Of a DNA stretch of 64,000 nucleotides, positions 19,712 through 29,702 are shown in pieces (the first letter of the stretch is position 1; the number at the start of each line of letters is the position of its first letter). The position numbers and the translations under genes are program-made. Location of the stretch: the NCBI GenBank assembly GCA_001779195.1, contig MFJL01000014.1, forward strand, positions 9,522 to 73,521. Reading direction: 5' to 3'. Below the pieces are notes generated by a model, which was not told where the DNA came from, did no database searches, and saw nothing but the letters and a program-made list of their open reading frames with translations. This DNA is from Candidatus Gottesmanbacteria bacterium RIFCSPHIGHO2_02_FULL_39_11 (GTDB lineage: Bacteria; Patescibacteriota; Microgenomatia; 2-02-FULL-39-11).

Positions 19712-19732
19712 CGTGAAAAGAAACGTGAAAAG
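19712..19732 (-). promoter_or_regulatory. Tandem direct repeat (2 x CGTGAAAAG plus-strand / CTTTTCACG coding-strand, 12-bp period) abutting the -35; candidate MraZ operator
   Basis: Exact 9-mer repeats at 19712-19720 and 19724-19732. MraZ proteins bind short direct repeats in their own promoter. Confidence 0.3.
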
Positions 19733-19783
19733 TAAGACAGATGAGTAAAAAACCCTGGAAGCTATGAAGTTGTGAGAGATAAG

Positions 19784-20239
19784 CTAACCTTGAATGGAAT
19801 AAGATTTCCTAAAGACTTTAGGTCCGTCTAGTGTATTAAACTTTAAGGAAAGATCAACGGAGGTAACACCCGCATCCACTACGCAATGTCCGCTTGAGCA
19901 GGTACCCAAAGTAATATCATCGCGGCTGATAGTTTTCTTTCCTTCTGTTGTAATTTTTCCCAAAACTCCCCGGGGAATTCCGGATCCGGTCATATACGAA
20001 ATTTCATATTCAATGGTATCTACATCAGAGGGAACATTGTCAATTGAAAGTTTTACTGCTTTTCCTCCGTTTACCGGAGTTAAATCCACTTCAACATCTG
20101 AGGATATGGTAGGAAGAGCAACTGTCGGAGTAGGAATATCCTCTATTTCCGCAGGCTCTGAACTTCCTTTACGGGTAAACGCGAATACCCCTCCTCCAAC
20201 TACTAATAAGATAAAAACTGCAATGATTACTTTTTTCAT
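19784..20239 (-). CDS. Hypothetical membrane-anchored or secreted protein
   Basis: 151 aa with an N-terminal signal/anchor (MKKVIIAVFILLVVGGGVFA), a Pro/Thr-rich linker and the Cys motif GTCSSGHCVVD. Confidence 0.5.
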   Translation of the reverse strand: MKKVIIAVFILLVVGGGVFAFTRKGSSEPAEIEDIPTPTVALPTISSDVEVDLTPVNGGKAVKLSIDNVPSDVDTIEYEISYMTGSGIPRGVLGKITTEGKKTISRDDITLGTCSSGHCVVDAGVTSVDLSLKFNTLDGPKVFRKSYSIQG

Positions 20240-20402
20240 AAATATTTTTTATGTCATCCCGGACTTGATCCGAGATCCATCATCGGCTTACTAATTGCCT
20301 ATCATAGATTCCCGCCTTCCCATAAAAACTCTAACGAGTTTTCAGGGTAAACGCGGGAATGACAATATATCCATATTTACATACGCCAGGATAATAATCA
20401 AA

Positions 20403-21827
20403 TTATTCTTTCAGTCTTTTCTGAAAATAGGCTGACAAATTGCTTATTTTTATTCTCTGTTGAGTTGCGGTATCTCTTTCTCTTACCGTCACTGTCTCAT
20501 CCTCCAAACTTTGATAATCAATCGTCACACACCAGGGAGTTCCCACTTCATCCTGTGCAAAATATCTTTTTCCTATGTTTCCCCTGGCATCCCAGTTTGT
20601 TTTAATTCCTTGTTTTTTAAGTTTGTGATAAATTTCCCGGGCCTTTGATACAACATTTTCCTTATTGGCAATAAGAGGAAATACAGCAACTGTGTAAGGG
20701 GCGAGGCTTGGCTTAAGGGCAAGATAAATTCTATTACCGTCTTCCCGGTATCCATCGGCTAATATCATAAGAAAAATCCGGTTTATCCCGACCGCCGGCT
20801 CAATCACGTGGGGAATAAACTTTTTCCCGGAGACAGAATCCACATATTCCAAACTCATTCCTGAATGCTTCATATGCTGCTTCAGATCATAATCTGTCCG
20901 GTAGGCAATACCCCACAGTTCTTTCCATCCAAATGGAAATTCAAAATCCAAATCATACGTGTCGCGGCTATAATGACTTCTTTCCTTATCTGTATGCTGA
21001 CGAAACCGAAGTTTAGATTTATCTATACCTAATGTATCGGTTACAAACTTCCACATATCATCTTTCCACTTATTCATAAGGTTTTTCCACTCTGTCGTGT
21101 CCGGATCAAAAAAATACTCAATCTCCGCCTGCTCCAGCTCCAGAGTTCTAAATATAAATTGACCCGAGGTTATTTCATTTCTGAAAGATTTTCCAATTTG
21201 TCCGATCCCGAAAGGAAGTTTTACACGGCTTGAATCCAGAACATTTTTAAAGTTGGTAAAAATTCCCTGAGCTGTCTCTCCCCGCAGATAGAGGATTGAT
21301 TTTTCGCCTTCAACAACCCCCATTTTTGTTTCAAAAAGAAGATTGAATTTCTTAGGTTCTGTAATTTCATTCCCTTCCGGACTTTTAATCTTATTTTTTG
21401 CAATAAAAGTGGCCATCTCAATAACAAGCAAATTCTCAACCTTAAATCCCGGTTCAACACTTTCCGGATGCTTGCCTATCCACTCTTCTATCAAATGATC
21501 TGCCCGGTATCTTTTATGAGTTTTTTTGTCCTCAACAACCGGGTCTGTAAACGACGCAACATGTCCTGAGGCTATCCACGTGGTCGGATGAAGAAGAATC
21601 TGGGTATCAATCCCGACCATATCATCCCGATTGTTAATAAATGTCTCCCACCAGAGATTCCGTATGTTTCTCAAAAGCTCAGCTCCCATTGGGCCGTAGT
21701 CATATGAACTGGCCAGTCCTCCATATATTTCGCTTGTGGGATAAACAAACCCCCGTCTTTTACACAGAGATACAATTTTATCCATAAGATTTTCCATAAG
21801 TGGCGAAAAAACTTTTAATGACCTCAA
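20403..21827 (-). CDS. glyQS: Glycyl-tRNA synthetase, alpha2 (archaeal/eukaryotic-like GlyQS) type
   Basis: 474 aa class II aaRS. The N-terminus VSLCKRRGFVYPTSEIYGGLASSYDYGPMG is typical of homodimeric GlyRS. Confidence 0.9.
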   Translation of the reverse strand: MRSLKVFSPLMENLMDKIVSLCKRRGFVYPTSEIYGGLASSYDYGPMGAELLRNIRNLWWETFINNRDDMVGIDTQILLHPTTWIASGHVASFTDPVVEDKKTHKRYRADHLIEEWIGKHPESVEPGFKVENLLVIEMATFIAKNKIKSPEGNEITEPKKFNLLFETKMGVVEGEKSILYLRGETAQGIFTNFKNVLDSSRVKLPFGIGQIGKSFRNEITSGQFIFRTLELEQAEIEYFFDPDTTEWKNLMNKWKDDMWKFVTDTLGIDKSKLRFRQHTDKERSHYSRDTYDLDFEFPFGWKELWGIAYRTDYDLKQHMKHSGMSLEYVDSVSGKKFIPHVIEPAVGINRIFLMILADGYREDGNRIYLALKPSLAPYTVAVFPLIANKENVVSKAREIYHKLKKQGIKTNWDARGNIGKRYFAQDEVGTPWCVTIDYQSLEDETVTVRERDTATQQRIKISNLSAYFQKRLKE

Positions 21828-21847
21828 GTTTTTTTACTATAATAGTC

Positions 21848-22405
21848 TTAACTAACCCGTGTCAAGAGAGAACTGCTGGATAGGTTTCTCTCAAGTACTC
21901 CCCTTAGGTAGTTTTCCAACTCGTCTCCCGTCATTATTTTTCCCGGAGCTAAATATCCCATTTCCCTAAGAAAAGACAGGGAAAATTGTTCTGATATTGC
22001 CTGAGCCAGTTCCGGATTTTTATCCAGATCCTTAAAGGATCTTTCCAATAAATAAAAAACCGAAGGATATACTTCTTTCTCTGCACAGAGTTTATCAACG
22101 AGTTCAACCAAATGATAGGCATGTGCAACTACGGGGAGATTTGTTTTGAGACACGGATACGTTTCAACTGTCTGAGCTTCCGTAACAATTGAAAATGTTT
22201 TGCCACTCACAATATAGAGAGAAACTTTATTAAAAACTTCCATATGGGGAGATTTTCTGCTGGTAATCTTCCGTATACCTTTTGCTAAAACTACAAGTTT
22301 CCCGTGATATTTGGTAAAAATCGTGATGATCCGGTCCGCCTCACCGTAATTTTTTTTCTTCAGAATAAATCCCTCTGTTTTATAACTTCTTGCGCGGTAA
22401 CCCAT
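21848..22405 (-). CDS. recO: DNA repair protein RecO (short form)
   Basis: 185 aa with the N-terminal OB-fold region YKTEGFILKKKNYGEADRIITIFTKYHGKL. It is shorter than the typical ~250 aa. Confidence 0.6.
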   Translation of the reverse strand: MGYRARSYKTEGFILKKKNYGEADRIITIFTKYHGKLVVLAKGIRKITSRKSPHMEVFNKVSLYIVSGKTFSIVTEAQTVETYPCLKTNLPVVAHAYHLVELVDKLCAEKEVYPSVFYLLERSFKDLDKNPELAQAISEQFSLSFLREMGYLAPGKIMTGDELENYLRGVLERNLSSSSLLTRVS

Positions 22406-22419
22406 GAGGAAATAAAAAA

Positions 22420-24348
22420 TTAATACCTAAGCGTTAGCATCTGATCAGTCAGAAGTGGAATTTTAGCTTTTTCCCCTCCGTTAATAAGGACGGTATATTC
22501 AGGATTATCCGTTCCGGGCTGTTTCTGAATAAGAAGTTTATAGATACCGTTTTTTTGATCTATTTTAGGCAAATTATATTTAACAATTACCTCTGCAGAT
22601 CCCAAAGGTTTGACCGTCATAAAACCTTCAAAAACAGTTTTACCCAGTTCATCATACGTGACGGTTTCTTTTTCTGATCCTTTAAAATCAACTAACGTTG
22701 CGCCTTTTGGAACATACAGTCTTATCCAATTTCTCAGAATTCCGTTTAGACACAACTGACCGGCTTCCAAATTGCAGTTACTTGCTGGGGAGGGGTTTTT
22801 ATAGCTTATAGTTACTGTCTTGGTAGCTGTCCCATCGCCGTTTATTTGTATTTCGTCTTTAACGGACGTTTTTACAAAAAGGTTGGATTTAGCCCCTGCT
22901 AAATTTACATTGGATATATGAAGATAATCTCCCTCTCCCGACTTGATTCTTCCTCCAAAGTTAAGCGCCTCAATACCTTTTTGCGCATCGCGATTGTTAA
23001 AGTAAAAAAGTACATGCTTTTCTTGCGTTTCGTCCAAAAACGTCTGCATCAGAGGTCCCCAATATTTAGAAGGAGATACTCCTAATGCTCTTTGAAGAAT
23101 CTGGTACATGAGAACACTTATAATATCTTTTCTGTCTTCGCGAACATAATTTACTGGCCTGCTTGAATAGTCCTCGAGCTCATAAATTGCTTTTGGACAA
23201 TCGCACCGTTTATCAAGTACGGCTGAAAATGTCCGTCCGTATATAGTAAAGTCTCCCAGTATTTTTATTGTTGAAGCAAGAACATGGGTATCCAGAGCAA
23301 TTATTCCGTCATATTCGGGAAAACTAGGTACAGACTGGGAAACCATATCCGTAAACTGTTTCATGGATTCCTTGTAATCAGGTGAAAGATTACTATCCCG
23401 AAGCTCCAGATTGGTCACATTGATGTGGTATTTAAGTAAAGGACGTGGCGCGGGAAATTTTTTATTTTTGCTCTCATCTAGCTTGTAAATATCATCCGCT
23501 TTCTCAACTTTTAATTTTCCTTTATCAACACTAAATATCCCGTATGCCGTTATAAATCCCCCGGTTGCACGAAGTTCTGCGTCGTTTTGAAAAAGAATCA
23601 GGTATTTTTTACTCTCCCGCACACCCATAAGCTCGGGCAGTTTTTTAAGAAGAGGTTGTGCTTCTACAAAAAGGGATGCGGTACTCTTAAAAAGATCCTT
23701 GCCGGTTCTAAGCTGTTCCCGAACAACGGTATTTCCGATTTTTTCAGGATATTTATCTATATTTACCTGTTCAAGTTCGCGATCAGCAAGAGCTATTTTA
23801 CTTCCGATTTTGTCTACATTCGGAGTCATTTTATCCAATGTCTCAACCGCAGTTTTTATCCGGTCATCTGCGGATCCTGACACAAACGTGGACTTCCCCT
23901 TTAGCCCCAAAAGATCCGAGTAAGGCAGGATGGTCTCAACTGATATTTTTCCGGCTTGGGTGGTTGCAATACCCGCTTTTATAAAATGGTCGGCATCTCC
24001 TACATATCCCCCCAGGAAGGGTACTGCCCTTAGAAAAAGAATCTTATTTACATTTGTCTGCATGGTATTTAAACTGGTTTCCAGTTCTTTAAGTTTGGCA
24101 TCTGAGGTTACCAAATCCTGTGATTTAGCCGCCGCAGCAAGTTCTTTCCCGATTCGCGTGGTTTTTTGGGCGGAGAGATACAGTTCTTTGACCGGGGAAT
24201 AAATGACGACTCCTAAAACAAGCAGAAGAATTAAAAACAAACCCACAACGATACTGACCCATTTAATAATCGGATGATTTTTTTTGGATTTTACTTTTTT
24301 TCCCCTCTCGGTTTGAATTACATTTATTTTTTTAAATCCCGCACTCAT
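22420..24348 (-). CDS. Large N-terminally anchored extracytoplasmic protein, DUF4012-like
   Basis: 642 aa with one N-terminal TM (IIKWVSIVVGLFLILLLVLGVVIY) and a long extracytoplasmic domain. The family assignment is from memory and uncertain. Confidence 0.4.
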   Translation of the reverse strand: MSAGFKKINVIQTERGKKVKSKKNHPIIKWVSIVVGLFLILLLVLGVVIYSPVKELYLSAQKTTRIGKELAAAAKSQDLVTSDAKLKELETSLNTMQTNVNKILFLRAVPFLGGYVGDADHFIKAGIATTQAGKISVETILPYSDLLGLKGKSTFVSGSADDRIKTAVETLDKMTPNVDKIGSKIALADRELEQVNIDKYPEKIGNTVVREQLRTGKDLFKSTASLFVEAQPLLKKLPELMGVRESKKYLILFQNDAELRATGGFITAYGIFSVDKGKLKVEKADDIYKLDESKNKKFPAPRPLLKYHINVTNLELRDSNLSPDYKESMKQFTDMVSQSVPSFPEYDGIIALDTHVLASTIKILGDFTIYGRTFSAVLDKRCDCPKAIYELEDYSSRPVNYVREDRKDIISVLMYQILQRALGVSPSKYWGPLMQTFLDETQEKHVLFYFNNRDAQKGIEALNFGGRIKSGEGDYLHISNVNLAGAKSNLFVKTSVKDEIQINGDGTATKTVTISYKNPSPASNCNLEAGQLCLNGILRNWIRLYVPKGATLVDFKGSEKETVTYDELGKTVFEGFMTVKPLGSAEVIVKYNLPKIDQKNGIYKLLIQKQPGTDNPEYTVLINGGEKAKIPLLTDQMLTLRY

Positions 24349-24364
24349 ATAATATGTTGAGCTT

Positions 24365-25024
24365 TTACACGGCTCCCTTACCGCTAATCATTGCCCAAGG
24401 AGTTTTTAAAAGTATCTTAATATCATACCACATGGACCGTCGTTTTACGTAATCAGCATCCATCGCGATTCTTTTATCAAAATTTACTTCGCTTCGTCCG
24501 GATACCTGCCAATATCCGGTAATTCCGGGACGGATGGAAAGCACCTCGCCGACAAGCTCCCGTGTGTTGGGATATTTTTTTTGCTGATTTTCAAGTTCGT
24601 CCGGATAGTAAGCACGGGGTCCTACAATACTCATTTCCCCTCTTAATACGTTAATAAGTTGGGGAATCTCATCCAGAGAATGCCGTCTCATAATTTTTCC
24701 GATGACAGTTACCCGGGGATCTTCTTTTAATTTATAACTGTTTTTTTTGTACTGCTCATATAGATTTTTCATTTTGGGATCATTCCGCAAAATGGTATGA
24801 GCATGCTCGATCATGGAGCGGAATTTATACATCTTAAAAAGCTTCCCTTTTTTACCCACCCTCTCAGGGGTATCCGCAAATACGGGCCCCGGTGAATTAA
24901 GTTTGATGGCAACAGCCAGAAAAAGACCGATCGGAGAAAATAACAAAAGGAGAAGAGAGGCAACAGCAATATCTACCAGTCTTTTGAATGTGGAATCGTA
25001 GTTTTCACCGTGAAAAAGAACCAT
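24365..25024 (-). CDS. Polyprenyl-phosphate phosphoglycosyltransferase (small bacterial sugar transferase, PglC/WbaP C-domain type)
   Basis: 219 aa with one N-terminal TM and the motifs IVGPRAYYPDEL and PGITGYWQVSGRSEV. Confidence 0.8.
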   Translation of the reverse strand: MVLFHGENYDSTFKRLVDIAVASLLLLLFSPIGLFLAVAIKLNSPGPVFADTPERVGKKGKLFKMYKFRSMIEHAHTILRNDPKMKNLYEQYKKNSYKLKEDPRVTVIGKIMRRHSLDEIPQLINVLRGEMSIVGPRAYYPDELENQQKKYPNTRELVGEVLSIRPGITGYWQVSGRSEVNFDKRIAMDADYVKRRSMWYDIKILLKTPWAMISGKGAV

Positions 25025-25048
25025 TATAAGAATGTTTTTGAGAAATTT

Positions 25049-26131
25049 TTAAACGAGATTTTCATTTTCAGAGTCCGCAAGGTTTTCGACAAGCTTTTTT
25101 ATCTTAGGAACTGAGTTTTTATTGCATACCAGAACCACATCATGGGTATTAATAACAATATACCCATCCAGATCAATTGCAACTACCATTTGGTCAGTAT
25201 AGTTATACACAAGATCATCCTCACAATCCGTCAGAAGTACTTTTCCCCGCGTCACATTTTGGTTTGGAGAAGTCTGCAGAGCCTCTTTTAAGGCCTCCCA
25301 CGCACCTACATCGCTCCATCCTAAATCTTCTGAAAGAACAACAGCGTTTTGTGAATTAATTTTTTCAAGAATGGCGTTATCAAATGAGATTTTCTTAAGA
25401 GTTGGATAAATCTCCGCAAGAACTTTCTGGTAGTTATCAGTACCTACGCTTTCATATATCTTTTTAAGACCGAGAAACATTTCCGGCTGATGCGTCTGAA
25501 ATAGCTTCCAGATAAATGAGGGGGTAGTTACAAAATATCCCAGATTCCATGCATGATTTCCGCTTTTGAAATACTTTTCCGCATCAACCGGGTTTGGACG
25601 GTACGAAAAATTTTGAAATGAGTGAAAATTGAATCCGTTTATTTTAAATTCTGCGGCTCCGTACTCAATCCACCCCAGATTTTGGCTTGCAAACCGGGGA
25701 GACTGACTGATAAATATAATTTTGTCCGGATTTTGTTTTATGTATTCCTCCGAAACTTTCAGAATATTTTTAAATAGGTCGTTTTTCTTAATGAGGTGAT
25801 CGCTCCATAAAATTACCATCGGAGTTTTGGGGTCTTTTTTTAAGAGATTAGCAATTACTAAACCAACCGCCGGACCAACATCCCGCATGGCGGGCTCTCC
25901 GATGACGTTTTTGGGAGGAAGACTGGAAAGCTGAGAAGTAACCATGGACAGGTACCTCTCCCCGGTACCGATATAAATATCTTCCCACTTAAAATCAGGA
26001 AGAAGTCTCTCAACGGCAAGCTGGAGAGTTGATTTATCTCCAATCACCTTTTCAAATTGCTTAGGTGAATGGCGCCTTGAGAGAGGCCACAAACGGGTCC
26101 CTACCCCTCCCGCAAAAATAACTGCTTTCAT
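25049..26131 (-). CDS. manC: Mannose-1-phosphate guanylyltransferase (ManC/GMP-like nucleotidyltransferase)
   Basis: 360 aa with the N-terminus MKAVIFAGGVGTRLWPLSRRHSPKQF. Confidence 0.8.
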   Translation of the reverse strand: MKAVIFAGGVGTRLWPLSRRHSPKQFEKVIGDKSTLQLAVERLLPDFKWEDIYIGTGERYLSMVTSQLSSLPPKNVIGEPAMRDVGPAVGLVIANLLKKDPKTPMVILWSDHLIKKNDLFKNILKVSEEYIKQNPDKIIFISQSPRFASQNLGWIEYGAAEFKINGFNFHSFQNFSYRPNPVDAEKYFKSGNHAWNLGYFVTTPSFIWKLFQTHQPEMFLGLKKIYESVGTDNYQKVLAEIYPTLKKISFDNAILEKINSQNAVVLSEDLGWSDVGAWEALKEALQTSPNQNVTRGKVLLTDCEDDLVYNYTDQMVVAIDLDGYIVINTHDVVLVCNKNSVPKIKKLVENLADSENENLV

Positions 26132-26166
26132 ATTGCTATGCTCTGGTGAAAAAACTTTTAATAAAC

Positions 26167-27303
26167 CTAATTTTTTTTACTATCTTTCCTATAATTTTCG
26201 TAATTTAATTCAACCGTCTGCCTTATACGGGACTTAAATATAGTTTCTGCGAAACGGGCTGCACTGCCTCTGCAGTTTTCTGATGAATACTTTGCCGGGT
26301 TAAACCGTTTTAACTGAACTGCTAAATCACGCACATGGGCTGACTCGTACATTTCTCCTGTGACACCCGGTATTACGGTTTCCTCAAGTCCCCCCTTTTT
26401 GAGTCCCAAAACGGGTTTTCCGCAGCTTTGAGCCTCAACTGCTGTTATGCCAAAATCTTCTTCGCCGGGAAAAATGAGGCAAAGGCTATTTTGATAGTAC
26501 CAGGCAAGCTGTTCATCTGTCAAACGGTTCGTTAAAAATTGGATTGTCGGGCCGGCCCGTAACATAAGATGTCTTCGGTCAATCCCGTCCCCTATAATTA
26601 TAAGCTTCTTTTTAAGAATATTGCAGGCATCTATTGCATAATCTATTCTTTTATAGGGAACCAAACGGGAAACAATCAGAAAATAATCTTCTTTTCCAGA
26701 TTTAGGAGCGACGCTGAATTGCTGCGTATTAACCGGAGGATATACAACGCTGCTCTCTCTCTTGTAGTACTTTCTAATTCTTTGGGACACGGTTTGAGAA
26801 ATTGCGATATAAGAGTCAGGTCTCTGGGCATATATAAAATCGTTTCTTCTTTGGGAGGGAATCACCATTCTGAGTGCAGTACGCGCCAACGGATTTACAT
26901 AGGAAAAACCGGGCTTATCAACGTAGATTTCAAATCCGCTCCACAGATACCGCGTAGGAGTAAGACAGTAACAAATATGCAAAGTACCCGGTTTTGTAAC
27001 TATTCTCTTTCCGTATGAAGACGTGATTGAAATAACTATATTATATTCATCAAAAGAAAAAGATTCGGATGATAAGGGAGATAAAAATGAATAACAAGAA
27101 GGATGTGCTGAAGCAAAGGGAAGCGTTTGAACATAAGAGGGAATAATCTTAAGGGTGGATGTCCAGGGAGTATTTTTCTTGTTATATACTGTTGTAAAAA
27201 TAGGAGCATCCGGCCATATACTGGAAAGAGATGTCAAAATTCTCTCCGCTCCTCCGAATTTGGTAATTTTATCATAAAAAAAAGCAATTCTGTACGAACT
27301 CAT
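26167..27303 (-). CDS. Glycosyltransferase family 4 (GT-B)
   Basis: 378 aa with the N-terminus IAFFYDKITKFGGAER and the E-x7-E motif EDFGITAVEAQSCGKPV. Confidence 0.7.
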   Translation of the reverse strand: MSSYRIAFFYDKITKFGGAERILTSLSSIWPDAPIFTTVYNKKNTPWTSTLKIIPSYVQTLPFASAHPSCYSFLSPLSSESFSFDEYNIVISITSSYGKRIVTKPGTLHICYCLTPTRYLWSGFEIYVDKPGFSYVNPLARTALRMVIPSQRRNDFIYAQRPDSYIAISQTVSQRIRKYYKRESSVVYPPVNTQQFSVAPKSGKEDYFLIVSRLVPYKRIDYAIDACNILKKKLIIIGDGIDRRHLMLRAGPTIQFLTNRLTDEQLAWYYQNSLCLIFPGEEDFGITAVEAQSCGKPVLGLKKGGLEETVIPGVTGEMYESAHVRDLAVQLKRFNPAKYSSENCRGSAARFAETIFKSRIRQTVELNYENYRKDSKKN

Positions 27304-27312
27304 AATAAGGGG

Positions 27313-28449
27313 TTAACTTCCTGCAATCTGCTGGTAAATTTTAAGGGTTTGATGTGCGGTTTTTTTAAAACTGAATCTGTCAATATTTTTTTTAGCTTGA
27401 ATTACTCTTTTTTTATATTCCTCATCCTTCAGACTTAAAGCATTTTTTAATACCTGGGCCATGCTTTCCTTTTTACTTGGATCGAAATAGAGTAAATCAC
27501 CCTTCCAAATTTCGCGAAATACAGGAATGTCTGAAACAACGGGCAAAACACCACAGGAAAGCGCCTCAAATGTAGGAAGTCCGAATCCTTCCATAAGAGA
27601 AGGAAAAACCAAAAGCTTAGCATATTTATAAAGACTTAATAATTGAGAATCATTTGCAAGACCGTAAAAAATTACAGAATCCTGTAAAGATAATTTTTGT
27701 GCAAAGTGAGAAAGCCTTGGATAAAAAAAAGAGTCATCACCTGCAAGTACCAGCTTAATTTTTTTATTTTTAATAAGAAGTTTGAATGCTTCCAAAAGTT
27801 TTTCTAAATTTTTATGAGGATAGGCATTTCCGACATATAAGATATAGGGCATGGAGAAAATAGGTTTGACATTTTTTTGTGAGGAGACTAATGATTTAAA
27901 ATGCTCATCAAGAGCATCATAAGTAACCTCAATTTTGGATGGATTGACTCCGTAATGATCCATAACCTCTTTTTTTGTAGTTTCAGAGATAGTAGTAATA
28001 AAACTTGCATTTCTGATTCCCTGAGAAAGAGAGACTTGGTATCCAAATCTTTTAAGCCGGTACAAAGGATACGCAAGTGTACTTGCCCGCCCGGTATTAA
28101 AATGATCCAAAATAAGGTCATGAATTGTCAAAAGATATCTCCCGCGATAAAAAATAGGCACGTTAAAATAAGGAAAATGAGCAACTGTTACTTTATCTTT
28201 TTTTAAAACGCTTGGAATAACTATCTGTTCTTTAACTCCGTGCCAGGGAAGGTCAACAAGACGTTTAACAAACTGAGATGAAGGAGGAACAAATTCTTCA
28301 AATTCCTTTTTCCGAAGATATATGTAATATTCATTACCTGAAGGAATTTTAGATAATTCCAGTATCAGGTTTCTGATATATCTTCCCACTCCCGTTTGAT
28401 AATAAAGTCTCGAGTCAATTCCGATTCTCATTCCTCTATTATAGTTCAC
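27313..28449 (-). CDS. Glycosyltransferase family 4 (GT-B)
   Basis: 378 aa with the E-x7-E motif MEGFGLPTFEALSCGVLPVVSD. Confidence 0.8.
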   Translation of the reverse strand: MNYNRGMRIGIDSRLYYQTGVGRYIRNLILELSKIPSGNEYYIYLRKKEFEEFVPPSSQFVKRLVDLPWHGVKEQIVIPSVLKKDKVTVAHFPYFNVPIFYRGRYLLTIHDLILDHFNTGRASTLAYPLYRLKRFGYQVSLSQGIRNASFITTISETTKKEVMDHYGVNPSKIEVTYDALDEHFKSLVSSQKNVKPIFSMPYILYVGNAYPHKNLEKLLEAFKLLIKNKKIKLVLAGDDSFFYPRLSHFAQKLSLQDSVIFYGLANDSQLLSLYKYAKLLVFPSLMEGFGLPTFEALSCGVLPVVSDIPVFREIWKGDLLYFDPSKKESMAQVLKNALSLKDEEYKKRVIQAKKNIDRFSFKKTAHQTLKIYQQIAGS

Positions 28450-29702
28450 TTCAGCATATGATCAATCTGATGGGCTAATTTCATCTGGAGAGAATATATT
28501 TCAGTAAACCCGGCACTGGCGTTAACGTTAAACCGATAACCCCCTGTATTGGTAAATGAAGTATGAGCAAGTCCAAAGGGTGATTTTATCGCAACTACGC
28601 TAACGCATCCCTTAAAAAGTCTGACAGTAACTTCTCCTGTTACTTTTTTATTGACAAAGTCGCAAAAAGCATTGATTGAATCCATAATAGGATCATACCA
28701 GAGAGCTCCATAACAGAGATACCCCCATCTGATATCCATCTGAGATTTTAACTCGTTTAACCGCATGGTACAGACATATTTCTCAAGAGCCTTATGTGCT
28801 TCGATGATGACGTGAGCTGCCGGAAGTTCATATACTCCTCCGTTTTTCAACCCTATTAATCTGTCCTCGACCATATGGACAACTCCGACCCCGTGTCTTC
28901 CTGCAACAGTATTCAGGTTCATAATAAGCTTACTAAGGGAAAGATTTTTTCCGTTTAACCTAACCGGGATACCCTTTTCAAATGTAAGTTTTATCAGTTC
29001 TTCCTTATCGGGAGCATTTTTAGGAAGAGTATAGGTTGTCAAAAACTTCTCAACCGGAGAAATTATTTCAGGCTCCTCAATCTCCCCTCCTTCCCAAGTC
29101 ATGCCCCACATATTATCATCAACGCTGTATGGAAAATCTATACTCGCCGGAACCGGGATATGGTGGTTTTTGGCATATGCAATCTCTTCATTTCTGTCCA
29201 TATTCCATTCCCTGACAGGCGCAATAATTTTCATATTAGGATTAAGAGTTAAAATATATCCTTCAATTCTTACCTGATCATTTCCTTTTCCGGTACACCC
29301 ATGAGCTATGCAGTCGGCGCCTTCATGAATACCTACTTCTACTGCTTTTTTTGCCAAAATTGCCCGTCCCATGGGAGTAGAAAGATGGTAATCTCCCTGG
29401 TAGCTTGCATTTGCTTTAATTCCTTTGGATAAATACTCATTCGCAAACTCTTCTCTAACATCCAGTGTAATTGCTTTAACCGCTCCTAATTTTAGAGCTT
29501 TTTTCTTTATTTTTTCTAAATCATCATGCTGTTGACCTAAATTAAGCGTGAGAGCAATAATCTCGGGGGTGTAATGATCGGAAATCCATCTCAGCATTAC
29601 ACTCGTATCCAATCCCCCTGAATACAGAAGTAAAACTTTTTTAACGTCACTGACTTTTGCTTCGTAAGAAGCAACTTTCACATACTTAGTTTTTTCTCTC
29701 AT
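28446..29702 (-). CDS. argG: Argininosuccinate synthase
   Basis: 418 aa with the N-terminal PP-loop KVLLLYSGGLDTSVMLRWI. Confidence 0.9.
   Translation of the reverse strand: MREKTKYVKVASYEAKVSDVKKVLLLYSGGLDTSVMLRWISDHYTPEIIALTLNLGQQHDDLEKIKKKALKLGAVKAITLDVREEFANEYLSKGIKANASYQGDYHLSTPMGRAILAKKAVEVGIHEGADCIAHGCTGKGNDQVRIEGYILTLNPNMKIIAPVREWNMDRNEEIAYAKNHHIPVPASIDFPYSVDDNMWGMTWEGGEIEEPEIISPVEKFLTTYTLPKNAPDKEELIKLTFEKGIPVRLNGKNLSLSKLIMNLNTVAGRHGVGVVHMVEDRLIGLKNGGVYELPAAHVIIEAHKALEKYVCTMRLNELKSQMDIRWGYLCYGALWYDPIMDSINAFCDFVNKKVTGEVTVRLFKGCVSVVAIKSPFGLAHTSFTNTGGYRFNVNASAGFTEIYSLQMKLAHQIDHMLK

Noticed and set aside
20240-20402. Possible tRNA or T-box downstream of glyRS
   Set aside because: No T-loop (GTTCRANNC) or acceptor symmetry and no T-box consensus. 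The region is 3' of glyRS rather than 5', so only a generic structured-leader finding is retained.
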